DNA from: Malacoraja senta
Lineage: Eukaryota
DNA length: 64,000 nucleotides
Direction of reading: 5' to 3'
Assembly (NCBI GenBank): GCA_038087875.1
Contig: CM075999.1
Location: forward strand, 622,001 to 686,000
Every line of letters begins with the position of its first letter. Position 1 is the stretch's first letter. Shown in pieces: positions 40,159 through 51,476 of the stretch. The position numbers and the translations under genes are program-made. The notes beneath the pieces are model-generated. The model saw only the letters and a program-made list of their open reading frames with translations. It was not told where the DNA came from and made no database searches.

Positions 40159-41759
40159 CTAGACCAAGTGGCACCCGTTGGGTCCCGTCCCCCAACGCGA
40201 AGGAGGGGGGGTGGCATCACGCGAGGGCTGGTCCCCAAACGCAATATTCCACCACTCACCCAAAGCTCCCAACTGCGCAGGTGCAGCTGACGGGTTCCCA
40301 TTGTGATGTAGAGGATGGAGGCATTACTGTGCAGGCTAAGTGCAGACCCCTCCCCCAACTGCTCCCCCAACGTAAGATTCCACCACTCACCTGTTCCCCC
40401 AATGTAAGCCGTTCACGCATAGCCCCCAACTGCGCAGGCACTGCTCATTTCTCCTCATCCCCCAGCACTCCCTCCTCTTCCTCTTCACCATCCCTCTCCA
40501 ATCCCTAGAGAGGGGGTAGGGTAGAGAGGGAGAGGTGTTAGAGAGGGAGGGGAGGGTAGGGAGGGAGGGGGGTAGAGAGGGAGGGGGTTTAGAGAGGGAG
40601 GAGGGCAGAAAGGGGAAGGGGGTAGAGAGGGAGGTGGTTAGAGAGTGAGGGGGTAGAGATGGAGAGGGAGGGGAGCAGAGAGGGAGGGTAGAGAGAGGGG
40701 GAGGGGGGTAGAGAGGGAGATGGGCTGAGAGGGAGGGAGAGAGGGAGAGGGGTAGGGAGAGGGGGGTGGAGTTGGGGAGGGAGTGTAGAGAGGGAGAGGG
40801 CGAGGGAGGGAGAGCGAGGAGGTAGAGAGGGAGGAGGGTAGAGAGGGAGGGAGTAGAGAGGGAAAGGGGGTACGGAGGGAGGCGGTAGAGAGGGGAGAGA
40901 GAGGGGGGTAGAGAGGGAGGGAGTAGAGTGGGGGGAGGGAGGGTAGAGAGGGAGAGGGTGATGGAGGGAGAGGGAGGGAGGTAGAGAGGGTGGGAATATG
41001 GGTAGATAGGGACGGGGCATCTCCCTCCTCCACAACCCCCCCACATCCCACCTCCCTCTACCACCCCACCCCCACCCCATCTCTCTCCTCCTCATTTCTC
41101 TCATCCTCCTCCCCTCACTCGCATTCCCTGCCCTAGGATCTACCCAAGTCGTAGAGCAGCACCAGGGCCTGGAACTCAGCCTGCTTCTCGTACTAGGCCC
41201 GGCCCTGACTTGGTTCCAGTGGCGGCATTTTCTTCGGCCCTGGGCTCGGCTCTCACTCCAGCTCGATCACCAGGCTCGGCTCCAGCCAGGCCTGCGGCTC
41301 CACCCTCACCACCAGGTGTCTGGCGTCGGCGGTCACAGCCCCATCCCTAGCCCCGGGCTCAGTTCTCACTCCAGCTCGATCACCAGGCTCGGCTCCAGCC
41401 AGGGCCACGGCTCCACCCTCGCCACCAGGTGTAGGGCGCGGGCAGCGGGCACCAAGCATGTGCGCTGGAGTGCGCTCCCTCCCGGAGTGTCCCGTCCTGT
41501 CTTGCGAGTGCATTGTGACGTCACTCGGGTTTTTTTTAACGATTGTTATTTTTAAACTTTAAACGATTAAAAAGTGTGGAAATATAGGCGGGAATGCGAC
41601 GGGAAGGTATCACCTCGATGGGAAAAATGTGAATAGAATGTGTGAAAATGGAAAGGCTGTGGCCCAGCGTTTGGAAGAAAATAGGAAAATAGAAATTGAC
41701 ACACACACATACACACAGACAGCCACAAACAAGACGAAGAGTTTTAGTAATAGTATAGA
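40159..41759 (-). mobile_element. Non-autonomous Helitron
   Basis: The minus strand reads A|TCTATACTATT…GGGACCCAACGGGTGCCACTTGGTCTAG|T: 5' TC, 3' CTAG, subterminal GC hairpin, AT target, no TSD. Confidence 0.8.
40505..41010 (+). repeat. Polypurine (GGGTAGAGAGGGA)-like low-complexity tract inside the Helitron
   Basis: Almost pure G/A on the + strand with reiterated GGTAGAGAGGGA. Confidence 0.9.
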
Positions 41760-42799
41760 TTGAGCATGCAAAATCTGATGTGGGGGGACTGTAATGCAGC
41801 TGGTGGTTGGTGCCTCGCAACTCCAGCAATCCAGATTCAATCCTCACCTCTGGTGCGTGGAGTTTGCATGTGGTCATGTGGGTTTCCCCCAGGTCTTCAC
41901 AGATGCCTTTGTAAATGTAGGTGAATGTTAGAATCCAAAGATGAGGGGGATGTGGAGAGAATTGGTTACATGGAAAATTGCTGGGGAATGGGATTGCTCT
42001 GTAACCAAACATGGATTGTCAAGATAGTTTTGACATGCTGCCGAGCAACATATGCATGACCACACCCAAGGAGCTGCGTTAAGATTAAGAATGAATAGGT
42101 TACCATTTTTACAGAAAACAGAAAGTTTGGATTAAAGAGTTAAGGTGGAAGTGATCAATAAGATGATCATTATTATTTACAGGGGCATCATCTAGTGAGG
42201 CTGTGAATAAGAAGAGGTGATGGGCTTGTATTGTAGACCCCTCAATTGTCATTGGGATTGAAGAGGAAATATGTAGGGAGATCACTGATAGCTGCACGAA
42301 TAGCATGGTGTAATAGTAGATTTTAAAGTTCTAAATATCGACTAGAACCGTTCATGTTTAAGGCTTGGAATCAAGGATGGAGTGGAGCTTTTTGAGTAAG
42401 TTCATTGAAAGTTTCTCAATCAATAATGTAGATGGCCATATAGTTGAAATGAAAACCTTCTCTTGGGAAATAACACAGAGGAGGTAAGTGTTAATGAAAG
42501 TAGTGGCCATAATTCTGTTCATTTTTAAATAGTTATAGAAAAGGATAGAACTGTCCAAAGCTTCGAGTCCCAAATTGGAGCAAGGCCAATTTGATGGTAT
42601 TAGACAGGAACTTTCAGAAGTTGATTGGGAGAGACTGTTTGTAGATCAAGAGTCAAGAGAGTCAAGAGTGTTGAACAATGAAAGTCTTACTTCCCCACCA
42701 TCGAAGGGATTTATTAGAGTCGCTGCCTGAAAAAGTACACTGTAAACAGTATGATAAACGAGAGAAAAAAAGTTCAGTGTGTATAGATACACATACTCA

Positions 42800-42816
42800 C
42801 AAGTACACACACACAC

Positions 42817-42862
<46 letters not shown>

Positions 42863-42864
42863 TA

Positions 42865-42909
<45 letters not shown>

Positions 42910-42910
42910 A

Positions 42911-42992
<82 letters not shown>

Positions 42993-43037
42993 CATACACT
43001 CAAAAAACAAACAATAGTAGACTACTACTACTACTAC

Positions 43038-43081
<44 letters not shown>
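42800..43081. repeat. Compound microsatellite (CA/TA/TG)n followed by (CTA)n(TAA)n
   Basis: Read directly from the sequence. Confidence 0.95.
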
Positions 43082-43760
43082 GTCTGTTGTAGTTCAGAAC
43101 TTATTTGAGGTTGTAGTGATTAATAGCCTGATGGCTGTAGGGAAGAGGCTGTTCCTGAACCTGGATGTTACAGTTTTCAGGCTCCTGTACCTTCTTCCCT
43201 ATGGCAAGGGTGAAATGATGGTGGCCAGGGTGGTGTCTCTAATGATGCTGGCTGCCTTTTTGAGGCAGCGACTCTGATAAATCCCTTCGATGGTGTGGAT
43301 GTCAGAGCTGGTAATGGACTGGGCAGTGGTCACAACTTATTGCAGTCTTTTCCGCTCCTGGGCGTTCAAGTTGCCAAACCAGGCCACGATACAACCAGTC
43401 AATATGCTCTCTATTATACACCTGTAGAAGTTCAAGAGAATCCTCTCTGACATATCGAATATCCATAATCTTCTCAGGAAGTAGAGACGTTGATGTGCTT
43501 CATTTATAATTGCATCAGTGTGCTGGATCCAGGAAAGATCTTCAGAAATATACACACTCAGGAGTTTGACATTTTTGCCCCTATCCACCATCTGTTGATA
43601 TAAACAGGATTGTGGGTCCTCATCCTTCCTCTTCCAAAGTCCACAATCAGTTCATTAGATTTACTGATATTGAGAGCCAAGTTGTTGTGCTGGCACCATC
43701 ACTTCTATTCTCTGACTAAACACCATCTGTAATTCGTCCAACAATGGTGGTGTTGTTAAA
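43082..43760 (-). mobile_element. Rex1/Babar-clade LINE 3' fragment
   Basis: DLSWIQHTDAIINEAHQRLYFLRRL…FYRCIIESILTGCIVAWFGN…RLQ (ORF 43337-43591). Confidence 0.85.
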
Positions 43761-44074
43761 GGTATGTCTGGTAAGTGGGAGGCTTTTAAATGTGTGATAG
43801 GTAGATGACAGGACAATAATGTTCTGAGTGAAGGGCAAAGATGGCAGGAATAGGGAAATAGCCTCAATAACAAATATTGAGGCTCAGGTCAAAAAGTAAG
43901 AGACATATGTCAGGTAGAGACAGCTGGGTTCAAATTAATCCCTTGAGGAGTTCAGGGGGTGTAGGAATATACTTAAGTAGAAAATCAGGAGTGCAAAAAG
44001 GGAGGCATGCAACAGTTTGGGCAGATAAGTTTTAAGAGAATCCAGAGAGATTCGACAAATATGTTGAACCACAT

Positions 44075-44380
44075 TGGGGCAGCGGTAGAGTTGCTGCCTT
44101 ACAGTTCTTGCAGCTCCAGAGACCAGGGTTCGATCCCGACTATGGGTGATGTCTGTACGGAGTTTGTATGTTCTCCCCATGACCATGTGGGTATTCTCCG
44201 AGATCTTCGGTTCCCTGCCACACTCCAAAGACGTACAGGTTTGTAGGTTAATTGGCTTGGTGTATGTGTAAATTGTCCCTAGTGTGTGTAGGATAGTGCT
44301 AATTTGCGGGGATCGCTGGTTGGCGCGGACTTGGGGGGTCGAAGGGTCTGTTTCCACACTATATCTCTAAGCTAAATAAA
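44075..44380 (+). mobile_element. tRNA-derived V-SINE/HE1-like SINE
   Basis: A-box-like GCAGCGGTAGAG, B-box GGTTCGATCCC, V-core (GGAGTTTGTATGTTCTCCCC…CCACACTCCAAAGACGT) and a CR1-derived tail. Confidence 0.85.
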
Positions 44381-45778
44381 CAAATGAAAGGCAAAAGTGG
44401 AAATAGATTAACAAGATCAACAAGACCGTCTAAATGTGGACTCACAGGAGAGTGGTGAAGTCTGGCATGAAAACTATCTGCATTAACCATGTAGAAAGGT
44501 ATGGATTTGAGGGAACTCAGGTAGATTAATAGAGATGACTTGAAGAGAGTCCACATTACAGTAGAGAAGGTGCTGGAACTCTTAAGGGCCTGTCCCACTT
44601 GCCGATTTTTTTGGCGACTGCCGGCATCATTGACTGACGTATCAAGTCACCGAAAAAGTTGCGCCGTGATGCGGCGTGACGTGGCGGTGACGTATTGACG
44701 TGTGGTGTTTCCTCAAGTGTCGCAACATTTTTTTTTGGAGGGGATTCTGAGAGGCAGCATCAAATCAAAGAGGCAGCAGTGATTAGGGATTGTCAGCATG
44801 GTTTTATGCATGAGTAATTGTTTCTCACAAATTTGATTGAGTTGTCTGGTGACCAAGAGATGAATGACGACAGTGGAGTGGACACTGTCTTCGTGGACAC
44901 TAGCAAGGCCTTTGACAATGTGCAGTATGGTAGGCTGGTCTGGAAGGTGAGATCACAAGGGATCCTGAACAATCAAGCCAACCGGATACAAAATTGGCTT
45001 GAACTTAGGAGACAGAGGAAGGTGGTACATGTTTTTATTGATACTCGATGTCTGTAACAAATGGTGTGCTGCAGGGATCGGTGCTGAGTCCACTGTTGTT
45101 TTTTTAATTTATATTCACAATTTGGATGCAGATGCAGATGGAATAGTTAGTAAGTGTGTGGACAACACTAAAATTGATGCTAAGGTTGACAGAGAGGAAT
45201 ATTATCCAAGATTACAATGGGATTTTGTTCCTGGGCCAATAGGCTGAGGTATGGCAAATTGAGTTTAATTCAGATAATGAATGCTGCATTCTGTTTAGAC
45301 AAACCAGGACAAGAATTACACAGTATATATTAGGTCTTCGGGGAATGTTGTCTGAAGGAGAGATCCTGGGGTGCAGGTAAAGAGTTCCACAAAAGTGGCA
45401 ACACAGGTGAAGAAGGTGCCTTAATTGGTCAGTGTATTGAGTAAAGGAGTTGGGACATCATGTTACAACTGTACAGATGTTAGTAGGGCCACGTTTGGAA
45501 TAATGTGTACGGTTCCAGTTGCCCTGCTAGCAAGGATGTAATTAAGCTGAAAAGGTGCATAAAATATTTTTGAAGACGTTTCTGAGTCTGGAAGGTTTGA
45601 GGTATAAGGCAACGATGGATAGGATGGAAATATTTTCCTTGGAGTGCGGTAGACTGAAGGGTTACTTTATAGAGATTAATAAAATTATGAAGGACATGTA
45701 CGAGAGTCAAAAACAAAATGGCATTGGTTTAAAATAAGAAAGAAAAATTTCAAAAGGGACCTAAGGTCTACTTTTTCA

Positions 45779-45903
45779 CACTACAACAGCATCAAGCACG
45801 ACATCTGATCCCACATCAACGACAATACAAACAACTACAGGCGACACCAGTACATCAACAACGGAAGTTACCACCACCACGACCGCACAATCTACGACCA
45901 ATG
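45779..45903 (+). pseudogene. 5'-truncated, diverged mucin repeat exon (acceptor lost against a CR1 remnant)
   Basis: TTTASSTTSDPTSTTIQTTTGDTSTSTTEVTTTTTAQSTTN|GTGAGT, with no repeat-type acceptor upstream. Confidence 0.6.
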
Positions 45904-46560
45904 GTGAGTCCAGTATGCCAGAGAAATGCAAAATAAATCTGTTCCTTACACTTCCTGTAAACAAGAATCATTGCAAATATAATGTTAACTTGGATTGGCC
46001 AGATATATTTCTTCACATACGCTGCGGGAACATCTTCCGTCAAAAACATAACAGCCGATATTTCCAAATAAATTAGTCTCTTAAAAAGATGCACACAGCC
46101 TGCTTCACAGAGTATTCAACTAATTATCAGGCAGATACAAAAAAGGCAAAATTGGATTTCACTTAATTTTTTACCATTAGGTTTCCAGTCTTTAAACTTA
46201 CCACCACCATCACGACCATACCACCTACAACCAGTGGTGCGTCTTGCATGCCAGAACAATGCAAAATAAAATCTATTGCTTACTGTGAATGAGAAGCATG
46301 ACAAATATAACATGTCAACATGGATTGGCCATGTGTATTTCTTCACATACTGTATGCTGCTGATATTCCGTCTGACAAAAACTCCACAGCTGATATTTGC
46401 AACAGTGTTGGTCTCCTGTAAACGCATGCAGCCAACTTCCCAGACTAATCAACAAATTACCGACAGTCAAAAAAAAAAGCTAAATTGTAGTTCAATATAT
46501 TTTCTGCCTTAAGATTCCAGTCTTAAGAAATAACTGAACCTAAAATCTCCACCATTCCAG

Positions 46561-46718
46561 AAACCACTGTACCATCCACAAGTACAGAGGCAACTACAAC
46601 AGCTTCAAGCACCACATCAGTTCCCACATCAACGATACCAGAAACAACTACAGGCACACTAGTGTATCTACAACAGAAGCTACGACCACCTTCACGACCA
46701 CACCACTTACAATCACTG
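46561..46718 (+). pseudogene. Frameshifted mucin repeat exon (158 nt)
   Basis: Acceptor CCAG present. One-nt loss at GGCACACTAGT vs consensus GGCAGCACAAGT. Donor is GTTAGT. Confidence 0.7.
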
Positions 46719-46994
46719 GTTAGTCCGGTGTGCCAGAGTAACGCACAATAAATCTGTTCCTTAAACATCCTGTGAATAAGAAGCATTACAAATATAACAA
46801 GTAAACATGTATTCGCCATATATATTCCATGACATATGCTGCTGGCATAACTTCTGTCAATAACAGCACACATTATGCTTCCAAATTCTTTGGTCTCTTG
46901 AAAACACATTCTCCTACTTCTCTGAATATTCCACAAATTATCACCTTGATACAAAAAGAAGCAAAATTGCAATTCAATGCATTTACTGCCCTTA

Positions 46995-47787
46995 TGGGCC
47001 TGTCCCATTTAGGCAATTTTTCAGGCGACTGCCGGCAACTTTCAAGAGTGGAACACACGCATACATATCACTTCCTTCACCAGCCCGTTATGCAGGCGGG
47101 GGACAGGGCAAGCAGGGGGAGCGCTGTCTGAGTGAAATTCACACGGTGCAAAGCCAATGTGATTCAGACACGCACCGCGATCAACAGGAAGGTTGGCGCT
47201 GTAATTAAGACGGTGAAAGCACAGTGTACGGGAAGGGTCATGTAAGACCTTTAAAAGAGGGGGTGGGAGGGAGGTGGTGGAGGGGGGGAGGGGGGAGAAG
47301 GTGGTGAAGGGGGAGAAAGGGGGAGAAAGGGGGAGAAGGAGTGGAGACAACTTTTAAGAAGCCACAGATACACGGCTGTGAAGCTCGGCAGACATTAACA
47401 TCACCGGTCGATTGTCCTTAGTCCTGAAAAATACTGCTGACGTTTTTATTTCCCAATGAGCCAATGAAATTCACCGGTCAGCACCGGCTACAACCTACGA
47501 GAACCTACGACAATCTTTGACCTCCTGGCAACCCACTAGAACCTCCTGGCGACCTACCTACGGCACGAGAAATCTCACTACCCTCCATGGTGGCTTCATT
47601 CTGGTTGCCGCTAGTTTTTCAACATGTTGAAAAATTCGCGGCAACCAGAATGAGAATGCGACTAGTTCACGGAATACATGAACTTCTCACAACCATGAAG
47701 GCGACTCCCCGGCAACACCCGCGAACATGCGGCGACAGCATAGTCTCCTGCAGTTGCCTAAAAAGTCACCTAACTGGGACAGGCCCA
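46995..47787. mobile_element. PIF/Harbinger-type MITE
   Basis: TIRs TGGGCCTGTCCCA…/…TGGGACAGGCCCA. TTA TSD at 46992-46994 and 47788-47790. The empty site GCCCTTAAGATTCC is present in sister units. A partial relative lies at ~44585-44740. Confidence 0.9.
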
Positions 47788-47839
47788 TTAAGATTCCAGT
47801 CTTTAAATTTACCTGAGCCTAAAATCTCCACATTTCTAG

Positions 47840-47998
47840 AAACCACTGTACCAACTACAAGTACAGAAGTAACTACAACAGCTTCAAGCACCACATCAGT
47901 TCCCACATCAACGACAATAGAAACAACTACAGGCAGCACAAGTGTACCTACAACAGAAGCTACCACCACCATCATCACCACACCACCTACAACCACGG
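47840..47998 (+). CDS. Mucin repeat exon (159 nt, phase 1-1), weaker splice sites
   Basis: TTTCTAG acceptor, GTTAGT donor, open frame ETTVPTTSTEVTTT…PPTTT. Confidence 0.6.
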
Positions 47999-48079
47999 GT
48001 TAGTACGGTATGCCAGTAATGCAAAATAACTCTGTTCCTTACACATCCTGTGAATGAATCATTACAAATAGAAAAGGTT

Positions 48080-50463
48080 TTTAATAGACCAAATTTTTTA
48101 TTCTACTTTTGGGCAGTCAATGTCAAAAAAATGAATTTTTGTTTGGAAGATATGGATCAACAACCAGACTGGTTAAAGATGGAAAATGAAGATTGTCTGC
48201 CTTTTGAAATTGGTCCGATTCTGTTAGCTCCTACAAAATTGAATTAAAAAATCTATAGTGAAAATCCTATAATATACAGTGGTATACGAATTTGGAAACA
48301 ATTAAAAAAGACATTAAAATGGGATAATTTATCACTTTCTCTCCCCATTGCAAATAATCCTTCATTTAAACCTTCAGTGTTGGATAAAGGTTTTATACAA
48401 TGGAAAAATTATGGAATTAAAAAGATGGGACATCTTTATAGAAAATGTATTTTTCTTTCGTTTCAGGAGTTACGGATTACAGAATTATGGATTACATTCA
48501 AATATTTTTTTTAGATATTTACAACTTAAAGATTATGTTAAATCATATACACAAGAATACAGAACTAGAGAGCCAGAGATTCTAGATGAATGTTTGAGTA
48601 AACACCCTAATACAGTCAAATTAATATCTTACATTTATAATAGTCTCTTAGACAGTGAGATTCCGTCGACGGAATTATATAGACTAGCATGGGAAAATGA
48701 ATTAGCTTAACCTATAACGGAAGATATTTGGGATGAAAGTCTACAACATATACAACAATGTTTGTTAAATGCCAGACATTCTTTAATACAATTTAAAGTA
48801 CTACAAAGACTGCATTATTCTAAAACAAAATTAAATAGAATTTTTCCTAATATCTCTCCTGTCTGTGACAAATGTCAATACTCAGTGGCTAATTTAACCC
48901 ATACTTTTGTAAATTGCATAAAAATTAAAAAATTCTGGATGGATATTTTTTAAATTATTTCCGTAGTTGTTAATACCCAACTGGACCCTGACCCTAAACT
49001 AATAATATTGGGCATATCGGATCAATACCTAAAACTTACAATAAACCAAAGAAATTTCATTGATTAGGTTCAAGGTATCAAGGTATTTTCAAGATATTTT
49101 TATTAGTCACATTCACATACACCCAGGTGTAGTGAAGTGAAATGCTTTTTGCCATTATGCAGCACACAAAAAAGAGAATACAGACATAACACCAAGATAG
49201 TCTTAACACTGAACATCCCCCCACAATGGCTCCCACCATGAGGGAAGGCACAAAGTCCAGTCCCCAACCCCAGTTCACCCATAGTCGGGCCCATTGAGGC
49301 CTCCACAGTTGCCTCTACGGAGGCCCGATGTTCCAGGCCATTCTCGCTGGGTGATGTTGCTCCGGCGTTGGGAGAGTCCTCCCAGTGGCCTGGGAACCCT
49401 GAAACGGCCGCTTCCGCACTGGGGGCCGCGGCTTCCGAAGCCAACAAAGCCGCGCCGGTTGGAGCTCCACAACTGGCGATCTCATCTAGAGATCCCAGGC
49501 TCCTGGTGTAAAGCTCAGCGCCACCGCCCGCAGCTGGTCGCTCCACAGTCCCGCAGCTCCGCGATTTTTTCCCCAGCGATCCTTAGCTCACCGGAGCTCC
49601 AGCGCGGCGACCCGGGCAAGGCATCGCCCGCTCCGCGATAGCGCTCCAGCGCTGTGCCACCGCCGAAGCCGAGGTTCTGGGCAGTCCCCGACAGGAAACG
49701 CCACTCCAGGCCCGCTGGTAGGCCGCGAGGACGGGTCGAAGCTGCAGCCCAGAGAAAAGCTGCCTCTCCGGCCAGGTAGGGACCCTGAAAGGTAGTTTCC
49801 CCCTTCCCCCCCCCACACAAAAAAGTCTAGACCTCCAAACAAAACACTTAACTAACTAAAATAAAAAAATAAAAGATGAAAGGACAGACAGCTGCTGGCT
49901 GGGCAGCCGCACACAGGACAGCGCCCCCCTGTATAGTATAATAATTGGGAAAAAATTAATATTAAAATTTTGGAAAAACCCAGCAACCCCCACAATCAAA
50001 ATGTGGATTATGGAGATGTCAGAGAACTTACATTTGAAAAAAATCAGATTTGTCTTAATTGACAAACCAGAATTATTTACTAGAATATGGTCTCCATTTA
50101 TAGATTATTTGAAGGGGTAGATTGGGCCGCGTGGAAGCCTGAATGAAACTTGAATCCAGGACTAGATGAATAGTCATATTCTGTGACCTACGGACCTATC
50201 TCCTAAGTTGCATTATTGACAGTTTATTCTATTTTCCTAATTTTCTTTTTTTCTCTTTATTTTTTCTATATATAAATATAAATAAACAATTAGATGCAAT
50301 GTTAATATGTAACCGATTAATGAGGATCCCAGATACTTCGGTCGCGGGGTCCCTGGAACCCTGGATACTGATAATATGTAATCGTTAAACAAAGTTTGTA
50401 TTGGTTTGGATTATGATATGCATATGCTTCTAATAAAAAATTAAATCTCAATAAATTAAAAAA
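48080..50463 (+). mobile_element. L1-clade LINE 3' fragment with 14-bp TSD, inside an array intron
   Basis: PNFLFYFWA, FFRYLQLKDY, QFKVLQRLHYSK…CDKC and LILKFWK motifs, plus poly(A). TSD AAATAGAAAAGGTT at 48066-48079 and 50464-50477. Confidence 0.92.
49067..49931 (-). mobile_element. GC-rich non-autonomous retroelement (same core, different tail) nested in the L1
   Basis: Core homologous to 16190-16820. Tail is …GTGACTAATAAAAATATCTTGAAAATACCTTGATACCTTGA. It splits L1 NFIDY|SIII. Confidence 0.85.
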
Positions 50464-51015
50464 AAATAGAAAAGGTTCACATGGATTGGCCATGTGTATT
50501 CCATGGCATATGCTGTTGGCATATCGTCTGTCAAAAACCACACACGTGATGTTTCCAAATTCTTTGGTCCCTTGAAAACACATGCTGCCTACTTCCCAGA
50601 ATAGTCAAGAACATTATCACGTTGATACAAAAAAATCCAAAATTGTAGTTCAATGTATTTTCTCCCCAAAAGACTCCAGCTTTTAAATTTACTTGAACCT
50701 AAAATCTCCACCTTTCCAGAAACCACTGTTCCTTACACATCCAGTGAATATGAATCATTACAATAGAACAAGTTAACATGGATTGGCCATGTGTGTTCCA
50801 TGGTATACACTGTGGCATATCTTCTGTCAAAAACACCACAGATTTTGTTTCCAAATTCTTTGGTATCTTGAAAACAAATGCGGCCTACTTCCCAGAATAT
50901 ACAAGGAAATTATCACGTTGATTAAAAAAAAAGCAAAATTGCAGTTCAATGCATTTTCTGCCCTAATGACTCCAGTCTTTAAATTTACCTGAACCAAAAA
51001 TCTCCACCTTTCCAG

Positions 51016-51174
51016 AAACCACTGTAGCATCTACAAGTACAGAGGCAACTACAACAGCTTCGAGCACCACATCAGTTCCCACATCAACGACCATAGAAAC
51101 AACTACAGGCAGCACAAGTGCATCTACAACAGAAGCTACCACCACCTTCACGACCACACCACTTACAACCACTG
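51016..51174 (+). CDS. Mucin repeat exon (159 nt, phase 1-1)
   Basis: CCAG acceptor, GTGAGT donor, open frame. Confidence 0.75.
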
Positions 51175-51476
51175 GTGAGTCTGTTATGCCAGAACAATGC
51201 AAATTAAATCTGTTCCTTACACATCCAGTGTATGAATCATTACAAATAAAAAAAGTTAACATGGATTGGCCATGTGTGTTCCATGGCATATGCTGTTGGC
51301 ATATCTTCTATCAAAAACACCACAGATGATGTTTCCAAATTATTTTGTCTCTTGAAAACATATGCGGCCTACTAGCCAGAATATTCCACAAATTATCACG
51401 TTGATACAAAAAGATGCAAAATTACAATTCAATGCATTTTCTGCCCTTAAGATTCCAGTCTTTAAATTTACCTGAT

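Larger units (their letters stand above)
42000..45775 (+). mobile_element. Old decayed CR1 LINE with nested SINE, Rex1-like and MITE fragments
   Basis: Degenerate RT motifs (FLTNLIE…VDTSKAFDNV…W…IQNWL) at 44818-45057 and downstream. Confidence 0.7.

Noticed and set aside
40387..41104. Pro/Ser/Leu-rich extensin-like ORFs
   Set aside because: Translation of a low-complexity purine tract inside a Helitron.
42646..43108. YIYI/THTH/VCVC ORFs
   Set aside because: Microsatellite translation.
44075..44150. tRNA gene
   Set aside because: The A/B boxes belong to a SINE head followed by a V-SINE core, and no full cloverleaf is evident.
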